Shown here in pieces: positions 1-9,444 of a DNA stretch of 64,000 nucleotides. Source of the DNA: Dehalococcoidia bacterium (lineage in GTDB: Bacteria > Chloroflexota > Dehalococcoidia > Lucifugimonadales > Lucifugimonadaceae); assembly GCA_965249505.1 (NCBI GenBank), contig OZ252238.1:2011273-2075272 (forward strand). Reading direction: 5' to 3'. Positions within the stretch are counted from its first letter, which is position 1; every line of letters starts with the position of its first letter. Made by a program: the position numbers and the translations under genes. Below the pieces are notes generated by a model. It was not told the origin of the DNA, searched no databases, and saw nothing but the letters and a program-made list of their open reading frames with translations.

Positions 1-802
1 GGCCGAAGGCACACGCGTGATGGTCAATAACGTCCGCATGTGCGGCACATGTTTCTGGTGTCTTCGAGGTGAGCAACCGAGTTGCACAAACGGCTCAAAC
101 GCCGGCTTCTCCAGGGATGGCGGGCTGGCTGAGTACATGGTTTGGCCGACCAGCCATCTGATTCCTTTGCCGGACTCGATATCGAGCGTAGAGGCTCCCC
201 TAATTGAACCCACGACTGTAGCAATTCACGCAGTTCGACGCTCGGGCGTGAAGGTCGGCGACAACGTCGCAATTATCGGCTGCGGTGCAGTTGGATTGCT
301 CACAATGCAAACCTACAAGGCCGCCGGCGCTCGAGTCGTCGCCATAGACGTTCGGTCGCAGAGCCTAGAGATGGCCAAGCGCCTAGGTGCTGACGATGCC
401 TTAGATTCGACCCAGGACAACGTCGCCGAAGCGTTGCTAGATCTGACTAACGGAGTAGGTCCCGACATCGTGACCGAAGCCGCAGGCGCCGCGGAGACTC
501 CGAAATTGGCGATCCAATGGACGCGATCGGGCGGTAAAACCGTGTTGGTCGGGCTCTGTTCGGCGACTTCTGAATTCAACTTCAACGACATCGTCGGCCC
601 TGAGAAGACGGTGATCGGTTCAGTCTCCGCAGCCCCAGGCGATATGGAGGCCGCCGTGAGACTCGTTGCCAACGGGAAGATCCAACTCAAAGAGCTGGTC
701 ACCGACGTGATCCCGCTCAAGAACGTCATCAAAGACGGCTTCGAACGAATGATCCGGCCCGAAAAGGACGTCTTCAGAATCGTCGTTCAACCTCAAGGGT
801 GA
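1..802 (+). CDS. Zn-dependent alcohol/polyol dehydrogenase (MDR superfamily), 5'-truncated by the window edge
   Basis: The frame is open from nt 2 (AEGTRVMVNNVRMCGTCFWCLRGEQ...). It aligns residue for residue with the internal part of the full-length paralog at 946..1986. It has a structural-Zn Cys cluster and a Rossmann GCGAVG motif. Stop at 800-802. Confidence 0.85.
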   Translation, partial: AEGTRVMVNNVRMCGTCFWCLRGEQPSCTNGSNAGFSRDGGLAEYMVWPTSHLIPLPDSISSVEAPLIEPTTVAIHAVRRSGVKVGDNVAIIGCGAVGLLTMQTYKAAGARVVAIDVRSQSLEMAKRLGADDALDSTQDNVAEALLDLTNGVGPDIVTEAAGAAETPKLAIQWTRSGGKTVLVGLCSATSEFNFNDIVGPEKTVIGSVSAAPGDMEAAVRLVANGKIQLKELVTDVIPLKNVIKDGFERMIRPEKDVFRIVVQPQG

Positions 803-945
803 ATGGGATTCAACCACCGCATGTAAGGGTAACCCTTGTGGTTGCCCTGGGGAGCGGGGCGGGCGCCCAATAGAGACGCCCGTACACCGGGATTTGGCAA
901 TGCCCCGGAGCGCACCCGCGCCACCTATGCGAAAATCTGCGCATC

Positions 946-1986
946 ATGCAGGCTTTGCTCTACTACGGAAAGCGGGACATCCGTCTCGAGGATATTCCCG
1001 TACCTGAGCCCGCTCCTGGCGAAGTGTTGCTAAGGGTCGACGCTGCCAGCATCTGTGCCACAGACATCGAAAGATGGCAGCACGGCTCCACGCTGGCGAG
1101 GCACCGAGATTCAGACTTTGGTCAGGAACCCCGCGTGCCTGGGCATGAGGTCTCGGGAACTGTGGAGTTTTCGCACGGAGACTTGGCTGAAGGCACACGT
1201 GTGATGGTCAATAACGTGCGCACATGTGGTTCGTGTTTCTGGTGTCTTCGAGGTGAGCAGTCGGGTTGCACAGAAGGGCGCAACGCTGGCATCGCAGCAG
1301 ATGGAGGGCTAGCCGAGTACATGGTGTGGCCCACGAGTCATCTCATTCTGCTCCCAGAATCGATTCCGAGCGTCGAGGCGCCTCTTCTCGAACCTGCGGC
1401 CGTGGCAGTTCACGCCGTTCGGCGTTCCGGCGTGAAGGTTGGTGACAACGTGGCCGTGATTGGGTGTGGGGGTGTTGGCATTCTCACAGCCCAGACCTTC
1501 AAGGCGGCGGGCGCGCGGGTCATCGCTATAGATATCAGAGACCAAAGCCTCGAAATGGCGAGGCGATTCGGGATCGACGATGTAGTAGATTCTGGCCGAG
1601 ACGATGCTTATGAGGCGTTGTTGGAGTTAACAGATGGGGTAGGGCCTGACATAGTGACCGAGACCGCGGGTGCAGGCGTGACTGCCAAACTGGCGATTCA
1701 GTGGACGCGACCTGGAGGAAAAACAGTACTGGTCGGCATATGCACTTCTGCAACTGAAATGAACTTCAACGACGTCGTCGGCCCAGAGAAAATCGTCATC
1801 GGGTCGGTGTCCAGGGCTCCGGGCGACATGGAGGTGGCAGTGCGCCTAGTGGCCGACGGCAAGGTGCGATTGAAGGAGTTGGTCTCGTCCGTGATCCCGT
1901 TGAGCGATGTCATCGAAAAGGGATTCGAACGAATGATCCAGCCCGAAAAGGATGTGTTCCGAATCGTGGTTACGCCAAGCGGCTAG
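946..1986 (+). CDS. Zn-dependent alcohol/polyol dehydrogenase (MDR superfamily, sorbitol/threonine-dehydrogenase-like)
   Basis: 346-aa ORF with GHEVSG catalytic-Zn region, CGSCFWCLRGEQSGC structural-Zn cluster and Rossmann GCGGVG. Roughly three quarters identical by eye to the upstream copy. Confidence 0.9.
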   Translation: MQALLYYGKRDIRLEDIPVPEPAPGEVLLRVDAASICATDIERWQHGSTLARHRDSDFGQEPRVPGHEVSGTVEFSHGDLAEGTRVMVNNVRTCGSCFWCLRGEQSGCTEGRNAGIAADGGLAEYMVWPTSHLILLPESIPSVEAPLLEPAAVAVHAVRRSGVKVGDNVAVIGCGGVGILTAQTFKAAGARVIAIDIRDQSLEMARRFGIDDVVDSGRDDAYEALLELTDGVGPDIVTETAGAGVTAKLAIQWTRPGGKTVLVGICTSATEMNFNDVVGPEKIVIGSVSRAPGDMEVAVRLVADGKVRLKELVSSVIPLSDVIEKGFERMIQPEKDVFRIVVTPSG

Positions 1987-4625
1987 CCGTGGCCGTGGCC
2001 GTGGTCATGTAGCCGTTTTCGGACGGCGTCTTGAGCCTCGGTGAAGGGACGTTTGAGGTAGCCGGTGTGGTCGTCCTCGCCGTGATGATGAGTTACGTAG
2101 CCGTGCGGGTGCTGGCGTGAACCATGGTCGATGTAGGTCATGGCGCCGTGGATCAAAGTGAGCATGTAGTTGGCAGTCGCTACGTCGAACATGCTCCACC
2201 GACCGCCTGTGGAGACGTACACCGGCGAAGTGTGGGAAAAGATGCCTCGCTCCCAAACATCGTAGTACCTGTAACCCTCGTAGTAGTCTGGCCCGCCGGC
2301 TCGCGCGGCTAACCATGAGTCGCCATCGATACTGATTCTGTCGCGGATGCTGAGCCTGCGGGTAGGCGACTCGGATTCGGCGGACGCTACGACTCTTCCC
2401 TCTTGGACGATCTCCAAGCGGGACATCGGCACGACGCTCTCGGCCCATGCGGAGACCTCGACCGTGCCGGGGCCCGACAGTTGGACGGTGTCGCCGACCT
2501 CGTATCCGTCAACGGTGAAGTGGATGATCGGACCGCCGCTTAAGACGGTTCGGCCTTTCGCCACGTTTCGACACCAGCTCTCGTAGCTGAACTCCTCGTC
2601 GTCTGGAATGCGCACGTAGGTCCGATACATGCCCACGGGAACATCGCTGGACATCTTGTCGGTGCCGCCGACGAGGGGGAGGCGATACCCGCAGTTCAGA
2701 TACCGGTACCACTCTTTGTGCATGAACTCGCGCTGCTGGATCATCTCTATGGCGTCTATGCGCCCCGTGGCGACCAAGGCGGCAGGTTCTCCGTTAGGGA
2801 AGGGGAAGTGGGGGTTGATGACGTAGCCGCCCTGAGCGTGCGCCTCGTCAGCCCAGTGGCTGAGCGTTGTCTGCATGGCACCGCCGATCTCGGCTTCCGA
2901 CGGCCCGTCGGAGCAGAAGGGCATCACTGGCTGCTTCAAGCCCCACAGGATCATGTGCCCCATGAAGTGCTGCCGGTTTTCTTGAGACGTATAGACGACG
3001 TTGTTGCCCTGGCGAGTGACACTGGGATGCCCAGTGAAGTCCTCGACGTTTGTGAAGAGGCTGCCCCACTGCGACTGGAGCAGGTTGACGACGTTCAGGT
3101 CCTCGGCCTGCGATTCGAAGTGGCTGCCCTGCGTGGAGAGGAAGTGGACGTGGGAGTCGCCGGAGTACCATCCGCGATCGTTCATGTTGATCCACCGCTT
3201 GAGACGCAGTTCCAGTTCCTGTTGTCCCGAAGCGATGTTAATTTTGGCTCGGAGCGGCTCGTATTCGTAGCCACGAGCGACGTCGACGATCACATTGCCC
3301 CTTGGTAGCCAGCCCTGCGTCGAGCCGTCGATGTAGGCGTAGGTGATCTGGCCGAGGCGCAGGTCGCCGCCGACATCTATGTGCCAAGTGTCCAGGTTGG
3401 AGTTGACTTGATTGTGGTGGCCGTGCGGTTGGTACGGCACGCCGTCGAGCGATCTGAAATGGATGCGGCACGGAACGAGTTGGCCGGTCTCATCGTCCAC
3501 CACTCGCACGCGTACCCAGTTCTTTCCGGGTTCGACGATTGAGATACGGACCTTTTCGGTCTCGACATGACCCTTTTTCTCAACCTCCCCCCACTTCACA
3601 CTGTCGATCTTCTGGCCTTCTTGGGACACTTCAACAATTGCCGATGGCGTCCCGGACAACTCGACGTAGGCGGGGCTCGACTTGGGATTCTGGGCTTCGC
3701 CGAAACCTCTTTGAGGGTCGGCCAGAAATTCGTCTGACGATTGCTCGGGGAGCGGGTGTGTGTAGGTGCGTTCGCCTCGGTCGATCGTTACATCCAAGTC
3801 GAAGGGCTTTTCGGCTTTCCCATCCTCTTGGAGGTCTACTCGCACAGGCCGGCGTGCGTTGCGCGAGAAGGGGTGCTCGTCGACGTGTCCGAGAGTTACG
3901 CCGGCGACGATGAAGCGCGGGCCTCGGGGCACAAGTTCGACCGACTCGATGATGCGATCGGGTGTCGGGTTGCGCCATGCCCACAGCCAGTACCATGCAG
4001 GTTGCGCCTGGACTGTTTCAGTTTGGCGTCTCCCGGTCTCGTCGAAACGCCCCTCGTAGCGGGGCATGATGGTGTCCCCTTGATCGGTAACGGCTAGATA
4101 CGGGTAACCCACGCCGTACCGCGATATTCCCTGCCTGTCACCCACGGCACTGATCTCGTAGCGCTCCCGAATCGGAACCGCGACGCTCTCGGAGTCTTCG
4201 AACCGGATCACGTAGTCAGCGACGTGCACTCCGATCGGGCCGTTGGCGTCCTGCTCGGTCTCTATCTGCCGGTGGGCTAAGACCAGGTTGTGCGCGGTCT
4301 TCCCGATCGGCAGAGTCACCGGTGCTTCGCCATCCGCCAGCGAGACGAAGCAGTTCCCGGACGGCTCGTCTGGTGTCGAGCCGACAATGAATGGGAGGCC
4401 CCGCATGATCTGCTCGCCCAGTGCCGGGTCCTCGCTGGGAAGTTGCTCCGGACCGGTGTTGCACCAAGCGGATATATCGATGGCTTCATAGTCCATGGTT
4501 CGAGGAACCTCCATTTGTCGGCCTAGGTACGTCTGCATGGTAACCAATTCCGAAAAAGCCTGCGCAGGGCGCAGGATCGGATGGAATACCATCGCTGCCG
4601 CGAGTCGTGGAGCTGGTCGAGGCAC
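1983..4625 (-). CDS. Large hypothetical protein with a PHP/CehA-McbA-type metallohydrolase-like C-terminal half and a His-rich tail
   Basis: 880-aa ORF. It has a GDSHVHF metal-binding-type motif followed by further His-rich segments (ENRQHFMGH, NPHFPFP) and ends in HDHGHGHG. The N-terminal ~450 aa is not recognisable to me. The true start is probably internal (M30, M38 or M44). A GGAGG lies about 11 nt before the ATG at 4496. Confidence 0.6.
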   Translation of the reverse strand: MPRPAPRLAAAMVFHPILRPAQAFSELVTMQTYLGRQMEVPRTMDYEAIDISAWCNTGPEQLPSEDPALGEQIMRGLPFIVGSTPDEPSGNCFVSLADGEAPVTLPIGKTAHNLVLAHRQIETEQDANGPIGVHVADYVIRFEDSESVAVPIRERYEISAVGDRQGISRYGVGYPYLAVTDQGDTIMPRYEGRFDETGRRQTETVQAQPAWYWLWAWRNPTPDRIIESVELVPRGPRFIVAGVTLGHVDEHPFSRNARRPVRVDLQEDGKAEKPFDLDVTIDRGERTYTHPLPEQSSDEFLADPQRGFGEAQNPKSSPAYVELSGTPSAIVEVSQEGQKIDSVKWGEVEKKGHVETEKVRISIVEPGKNWVRVRVVDDETGQLVPCRIHFRSLDGVPYQPHGHHNQVNSNLDTWHIDVGGDLRLGQITYAYIDGSTQGWLPRGNVIVDVARGYEYEPLRAKINIASGQQELELRLKRWINMNDRGWYSGDSHVHFLSTQGSHFESQAEDLNVVNLLQSQWGSLFTNVEDFTGHPSVTRQGNNVVYTSQENRQHFMGHMILWGLKQPVMPFCSDGPSEAEIGGAMQTTLSHWADEAHAQGGYVINPHFPFPNGEPAALVATGRIDAIEMIQQREFMHKEWYRYLNCGYRLPLVGGTDKMSSDVPVGMYRTYVRIPDDEEFSYESWCRNVAKGRTVLSGGPIIHFTVDGYEVGDTVQLSGPGTVEVSAWAESVVPMSRLEIVQEGRVVASAESESPTRRLSIRDRISIDGDSWLAARAGGPDYYEGYRYYDVWERGIFSHTSPVYVSTGGRWSMFDVATANYMLTLIHGAMTYIDHGSRQHPHGYVTHHHGEDDHTGYLKRPFTEAQDAVRKRLHDHGHGHG

Positions 4626-4699
4626 GAACTCAGAATACCAACCAGTGGTTCAGTCCCGATGACTGAATGGCATCGTGAGGCAGCATGTGTCCGAGACGG

Positions 4700-5090
4700 C
4701 AAGCGATCGCAGCAGCCCAGCGGCGTTGCTGGAGCAGACCAAAGGCATATGCCCCGACATCGTTGCAGAGGCTACAGGCGCGGCCGAGACGCCAAATTCT
4801 GGATCCAGTGGATCCGCCCCAGCGGCAAGGCTGCATCAATAGGCATCTGCTCCGAGGCGCCACGCTTCAACTTCAACGATATCGTCGGTCCCGAGAAGAG
4901 AGTCATCGGATCAGTCTCTGCGGCTCCGAGCGTTATCGAGGCTGCTGTGCAGTTGGCGGTCAGACGGAAACTTCAGCTGAAACAGTAGGTCCCATCCGTG
5001 GTACTTCTCCAAGACGGCGTTGAAGAGGGGTGAGATAGGATGATCCAGCCGGAGAACGACGTATTCTGGATCGTCGTTCAGCGCAACGGT
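4700..5090 (+). pseudogene. Decayed C-terminal fragment of a third Zn-ADH paralog
   Basis: Translation pieces AALLEQTKGICPDIVAEATGAAETP / IQWIRPSGKAASIGICSEAPRFNFNDIVGPEKRVIGSVSAAP / KLQLKQ*VPSVVLLQDGVEEG*DRMIQPENDVFWIVVQRNG match the last ~130 aa of the ADHs at 1..802 and 946..1986. There is at least one frameshift near 4790-4797 and in-frame stops at 4986-4988 and 5031-5033. The N-terminal two thirds is absent. Confidence 0.8.
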
Positions 5091-5118
5091 TATTATTGCC
5101 GAAAAGAAACTAGATCGC

Positions 5119-6201
5119 ATGCACTACCAAGACGAAAGAACCGATCGCTGCCGCGTCTCCGATGCTTGGACCTACCGCGGCGTCAAGAGCGTGGTGATGG
5201 AGAACGCCCAAATGCGCGTCATCATCCTCGCAGACAAAGGCGCCGACATCTACTCGTTCGTCCACAAAGCCAGCGACACCGAATTCATGTGGCGATCTCC
5301 TTGGGGCGTGCGCGACCCCAAGCTCTTCGTCTCTTCCACAGGCTCAGACCAAGGCATGTGGCTCGACTACTACGAAGGCGGTTGGCAGACCGTCGTTCCG
5401 CACGGCGGCTATCCCGACACCGTTTACGGTGCCGAGATGGGCTTGCACGGCGATATGAACAACATGCCCTGGGACGCAACGATCAGCGAAGATTCGCCCG
5501 AACGTGTAGCAGTCGACTTCAGTGCTAGGGGAGTGCGCATGCCCGCTGCTGTCGAGATGACGCTTAGCCTCGAAGAAGATTCATCGAGCCTGAAACTGTC
5601 CAAAACAGTCATCAACGAAGGCGAGGAGCCGATCGACATCGTCTGGCTCGAACACCTCGCAATAGGACCTCCCTTCCTCTCCGACAAGTGCAGACTCTAC
5701 GTCCCTCCTTGCAAGATACTCACTCACCCCGAGACCTTCATCGACACGCAGAAACTCGCGCTCGGCGCTGAAACCGATTGGCCAATGTCGGAAGCTGCTG
5801 ACGGCTCCGAGATCGATTTCCGCTCGATACCTCCGAAGGAAGACCGATCGCTCGACATGGCGTACATGACCGGCATGGATGATCCCTGGTACGCCGTCCA
5901 CAACAAAGAAAGCTCCATCGGATTCGCCCTGTCGTTCCCCTCAGACGTCTTCCAATACCTCTGGTACTGGCGCAACCTCGGCGGAGGTTGGGGCTACCCA
6001 TGGTACGGGCGCTGCTACAACGTAGGCCTCGAACCCTGCACAAGCTGGGACAACCGAGGCCTGAAGCACTCGATGGAAAACGGCAGCGCCAAACGCTTGC
6101 AGGCCGGAGAACGCCTAACCGCCGATATAACCGCCACAGCGTTCAGCGGAACCGGCGACGTCTCAAACGTCACACCCGAAGGCGCAGTCACGATTTCCTG
6201 A
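5119..6201 (+). CDS. Aldose-1-epimerase-fold protein (DUF4432-like)
   Basis: 360-aa ORF. The N-terminal WTYRGVKSVVMENAQMRVIILADKGADI pattern and internal GLHGD / WLEH segments resemble the DUF4432/galactose-mutarotase-like family. Recognised by pattern only. Confidence 0.55.
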   Translation: MHYQDERTDRCRVSDAWTYRGVKSVVMENAQMRVIILADKGADIYSFVHKASDTEFMWRSPWGVRDPKLFVSSTGSDQGMWLDYYEGGWQTVVPHGGYPDTVYGAEMGLHGDMNNMPWDATISEDSPERVAVDFSARGVRMPAAVEMTLSLEEDSSSLKLSKTVINEGEEPIDIVWLEHLAIGPPFLSDKCRLYVPPCKILTHPETFIDTQKLALGAETDWPMSEAADGSEIDFRSIPPKEDRSLDMAYMTGMDDPWYAVHNKESSIGFALSFPSDVFQYLWYWRNLGGGWGYPWYGRCYNVGLEPCTSWDNRGLKHSMENGSAKRLQAGERLTADITATAFSGTGDVSNVTPEGAVTIS

Positions 6202-6860
6202 GCGCCTCTGCTCGAAAATGCCACCCTCTCGGTTTTGCGCGGATGGATCAGACCTTCGCAAACAGCCCGTCATTCCCGCGAACGCGGGAACCCAGAGGAA
6301 ATACAAAGTAACCGGTTTCCCTCTCCCCTCCGGGGGAGAGGACCTTCGCGCTCCAGCGCAAAGAGGTGAGGGGGACCCGGTGGCCTCTGGGGACGGGAGG
6401 CTCTGAATCCTCTGGCCCTCGGGAGCCAACTGCATAATCCCTAACCCGCTCAACGAGCAGGTACCTCACCTCACCATGGAACCCTTGCAACCAGCCCGTC
6501 ATTGCAGCCCCGATAGACATCGGAGTGAACTCCGACTGAAGCGATCCAAACGGTTGGGGCAAAAACCAGTCCGTTCCGCCAGTTTGGAATCGGATTCTTT
6601 GTAGTCCCCCCTCACCTTCCCGACAAGTCGGGAGTCCTCTCCCTCGGAGGAGACCTTTGCTAAACGCGCCGTCATTCCCGCGAACGCGGGAACCCAGAGG
6701 AAAGATAGTGCAACCGATTTGGCGACGCTTCTCGGACAGAGGTTTGTCCGGTTTGGAATCTGATGCGTCTGTCGATCCCCCTCACCTGAATCCTCTACCC
6801 GACGGAGAGAGGGGACACGTCCTCTGGACGTGTTTGGGTTTAGCAAAGGCCTCTTGATGG
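6202..6860. repeat. Mosaic array of hairpin-forming intergenic repeat modules (REP/BIME-like)
   Basis: About 830 nt between genes has no credible ORF. It contains two copies of gacctt(c/t)gc-aaac-N-ccgtcattcccgcgaacgcgggaacccagaggaaa (hairpin cores 6268..6300 and 6670..6702). It also holds ccctctcccctccgggggagagg (6319..6341), gaccttcgcgctccagcgcaaagaggtgaggggg (6341..6375), aacccgctcaacgagcaggtacc (~6436..6458) and cccctcaccttcccgacaagtcgggagtcctctccctcggaggag (6606..6652). All of these recur elsewhere in the window. Confidence 0.85.
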
Positions 6861-7037
6861 GAGAGTGCGGAGCCGCAGTTCAGACGGGTTTGAGGATTTT
6901 GCAGCAATCCCATCGTGCGGGGAATACTTATATGCCAAGCCTGAGACGTGTGCGCGCTTGTAAGGCGCAAAGAAAACTCGCCTGCAAACCATACAGCGAC
7001 GACAGATACTAGTAGACGTGAATGAAACCTCCCACAT

Positions 7038-8057
7038 GTGACCCGGAGTAGAAAAATGCGAAAACGAACATTCGGCGATTCAGGTCTCGTCTCATCCGTC
7101 ATCGGATTCGGCGGATGGCCCATGGGTAGAGGCCAGTACGGCGACTTCGACGACGATGCCGCAATCGCCGCCGCACGTAAGTCCTACGACTCCGGCATCA
7201 CCCTCTACGACACCGCCGCAGTCTATGGCTGGGGTTACGGCGAGGAGTTGATGGGCAAGGCTATTGAGCCGTTTCGAAACGACATCGTGCTCGTAACTAA
7301 AGGCGGGCGTGAATGGGTTCGTGACAACCCTGATCGACGAGCCGCAACCGTCTCCATTAGTGATCGCGACACGCTCCTCCGCAGCATCGATGAAAGCCTA
7401 AGCCGACTCGACACCGACTACATCGACCTCTTCCTGATCCATTGGCCCGACCACACTCGCAGCTTCGAAGAGCCCATGCGAGCACTTGAGGATGCGAAGG
7501 CGGCAGGCAAGATCCGCCACACCGGTGTCTCGAACTTCAACCCCGAGATGATGGCGCAGTGCCGAGAGCACAGCCCGATCGTCACCAACCAGATCGGCTA
7601 CCACATCTTCGACCGCCGACCAGAAGCCGAGGTGATGCCGTTCATTGAGGCCAACAACATGGGTGTGATGGCGTACGGCACGCTCGCCCACGGACTCCTC
7701 ACCGGGGCATGGAGCTCCGATCATTCCTTTGGCGAAGACGATTGGCGAGCCAACGGCGCCAACTTCGGACTCGCCTCATTCGGACCCGAAAACCTAGCTC
7801 GCAACGTCGGAGTAGTCGAGAAGCTCAAGTCCATCGCCGCCGACCACGGCAAAACCGTCGCCCAACTCGCAATCGCCTGGGTTCTCGCCAACAGCAACGT
7901 GACCGTCGCATTGTGCGGGATGGTTGAAGAATCAGAAGTCGATGACAACGTCGGAGGAGATTGGGAGATGTCATCCGAAGTCAAGCAACAGATCGATGAT
8001 CTCGTATTCGCCGAGGGATCCGGAGTCGGCACCGCGGGGATGGAAATAGCCACCTAA
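7038..8057 (+). CDS. Aldo/keto reductase family oxidoreductase
   Basis: 339-aa ORF with GFGGWPMG, ITLYDTAAVYG and LFLIHWPD motifs typical of AKRs. The start may be the ATG at 7053 (MRKRTFGDSG). Confidence 0.85.
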   Translation: MTRSRKMRKRTFGDSGLVSSVIGFGGWPMGRGQYGDFDDDAAIAAARKSYDSGITLYDTAAVYGWGYGEELMGKAIEPFRNDIVLVTKGGREWVRDNPDRRAATVSISDRDTLLRSIDESLSRLDTDYIDLFLIHWPDHTRSFEEPMRALEDAKAAGKIRHTGVSNFNPEMMAQCREHSPIVTNQIGYHIFDRRPEAEVMPFIEANNMGVMAYGTLAHGLLTGAWSSDHSFGEDDWRANGANFGLASFGPENLARNVGVVEKLKSIAADHGKTVAQLAIAWVLANSNVTVALCGMVEESEVDDNVGGDWEMSSEVKQQIDDLVFAEGSGVGTAGMEIAT

Positions 8058-8072
8058 GCGAAGGAAAAAACC

Positions 8073-8852
8073 ATGCTAATCATCGATACGCACTGCCACG
8101 CCGGTGGCAACTGGTTCGAGCCGATCGAAGTCCTCGAGTTCCAGATGGACCGAAACGGCGTCGACAAAGCCGTACTTATCCAGCATGGGGGCACCTACAA
8201 CAACGACTACCTATTCGAAGAAGCCGCCAAACGGCCAAGCCGATTCAAGATCGCAGTCCTTGTCGACCCAGAGTCAGACGATCCGCAGGGTGAACTCACT
8301 AAACTGGCGGAGCAGGGCGCAATTGGGATTCGAATCGCGCCGGACGGCGCATTCGCAAATGCGGGTCCCTTCGACATGTGGCGCAAAGCCGGCGAACTCG
8401 GACTGGTAGTCTCTAGCCTCGGCCAAGCGCCTGGTTTCGCATCCGACCACTTCTCACGAGTCCTCGATGCGTGCCCGGACACTCACGTCATCATCGAGCA
8501 CCTAGCCGGAGTCGGCCAAGCGGAACCTCCTTACGGAGACTTCGAAAAAGCTCTGGAACACGGCCAACGCGACAACACCAGCATCAAAGTGCCCGGACTG
8601 GGCGAGATCTGCAAGCGTCCGCCGCGTCTCCTCCCTGAACTGGAGTGGGACCACGAGCCTCCGCTTTTCGAGATGGCCAAAGAGGCCTTCGGAGCGCATC
8701 GCATGATGTGGGGCAGCGACTTCCCACCCAGCGCCGGTCGAGAAGGCTACGCCAACGCCCTCAACGGCGTCATGAACCATCCCGCCTTCAGCGAAGGCGA
8801 CGACATCGAGTGGGTAATGGGGAAGACGGCCGCAAGGGTTTGGGGGTTTTGA
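8073..8852 (+). CDS. Amidohydrolase-2 family metal-dependent hydrolase (TIM barrel; lactonase/decarboxylase-like)
   Basis: 259-aa ORF with an N-terminal IIDTHCH (HxH) motif, an internal IIEHLAG and a C-terminal MWGSDFP, typical of PF04909-type hydrolases. Confidence 0.75.
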   Translation: MLIIDTHCHAGGNWFEPIEVLEFQMDRNGVDKAVLIQHGGTYNNDYLFEEAAKRPSRFKIAVLVDPESDDPQGELTKLAEQGAIGIRIAPDGAFANAGPFDMWRKAGELGLVVSSLGQAPGFASDHFSRVLDACPDTHVIIEHLAGVGQAEPPYGDFEKALEHGQRDNTSIKVPGLGEICKRPPRLLPELEWDHEPPLFEMAKEAFGAHRMMWGSDFPPSAGREGYANALNGVMNHPAFSEGDDIEWVMGKTAARVWGF

Positions 8853-8884
8853 TTTCTACTCTCCCCAATGAAAGACGCTTGCAA

Positions 8885-9110
8885 GAGTCGATGTCATCCT
8901 GAGCGTGCCGAAGGATCTGGGGCGGGGTGGCGCGTCAAGCGCATCCCACAAAACTGAATTTGCTGCCTTCCGTTCCCTCCTGGCCGTCTGGATTGCGGGC
9001 TTCGCCGCGACGACGGTTCTTTTTGCAAGAGCCTCCTCTGAGGGAGAGGGTTTTTGCCTCCCGACTTGTCGGGAGGGTGAGGGGGAGACGACGACTCATC
9101 AGATCAATGT
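8885..9110. repeat. Intergenic repeat modules, inverted relative to the 6606..6702 composite
   Basis: 9033..9086 (ctcctctgagggagaggg..cctcccgacttgtcgggagggtgaggggg) is the reverse complement of 6606..6652 apart from a small indel. The flanking ~8975..9030 is a diverged reverse complement of the adjacent cgtcattcccgcg hairpin unit. An additional gtcatcctgagcgtgccgaaggatc unit lies at 8893..8917. Confidence 0.8.
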
Positions 9111-9133
9111 TTCGTAGATTAGTCATTGATGAT

Positions 9134-9161
9134 TTGTGATCGCAATTTAAACGAATATAGT
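9134..9161 (+). promoter_or_regulatory. Candidate sigma70-type promoter with flanking direct repeats (possible antitoxin operator)
   Basis: TTGTGA (9134..9139), a 16-nt spacer, then TATAGT (9156..9161), followed by AGGA and the ATG at 9179. The decamer tagtcattga occurs on both sides (about 9119..9129 and 9158..9168). Confidence 0.4.
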
Positions 9162-9178
9162 CATTGACAGGATCCACG

Positions 9179-9406
9179 ATGCAGATCACGGCGACAATCA
9201 CCCAACGCGGTCAAGTGACAATTCCGGTCAAGGTTCGGCACGCTTTGGGCGTCAAACCTCGAGACAAGGTCGCCTTCGTGATCGAAGACGGACAGGTGCG
9301 AGTGACCGCGCTTCCATTCACACTGGAGTCGGCTTACGGCTCTGTAAAACCCTCAGCTACACCCGAAGACTTCGACGAGATTTCACGAATCGCCAAAGAC
9401 GAATAA
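9179..9406 (+). CDS. AbrB/MazE/SpoVT-family antitoxin (VapB-like)
   Basis: MQITATITQRGQVTIPVKVRHALGVKPRDKVAFVIEDGQVRV is a classical SpoVT-AbrB swapped-hairpin motif. The longest ORF starts at TTG 9164, but ATG 9179 has an AGGA about 6 nt upstream. Confidence 0.8.
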   Translation: MQITATITQRGQVTIPVKVRHALGVKPRDKVAFVIEDGQVRVTALPFTLESAYGSVKPSATPEDFDEISRIAKDE

Positions 9407-9444
9407 GCCGAGGCAACGATTCGCGAGATGCGCAACGCCTGAGA

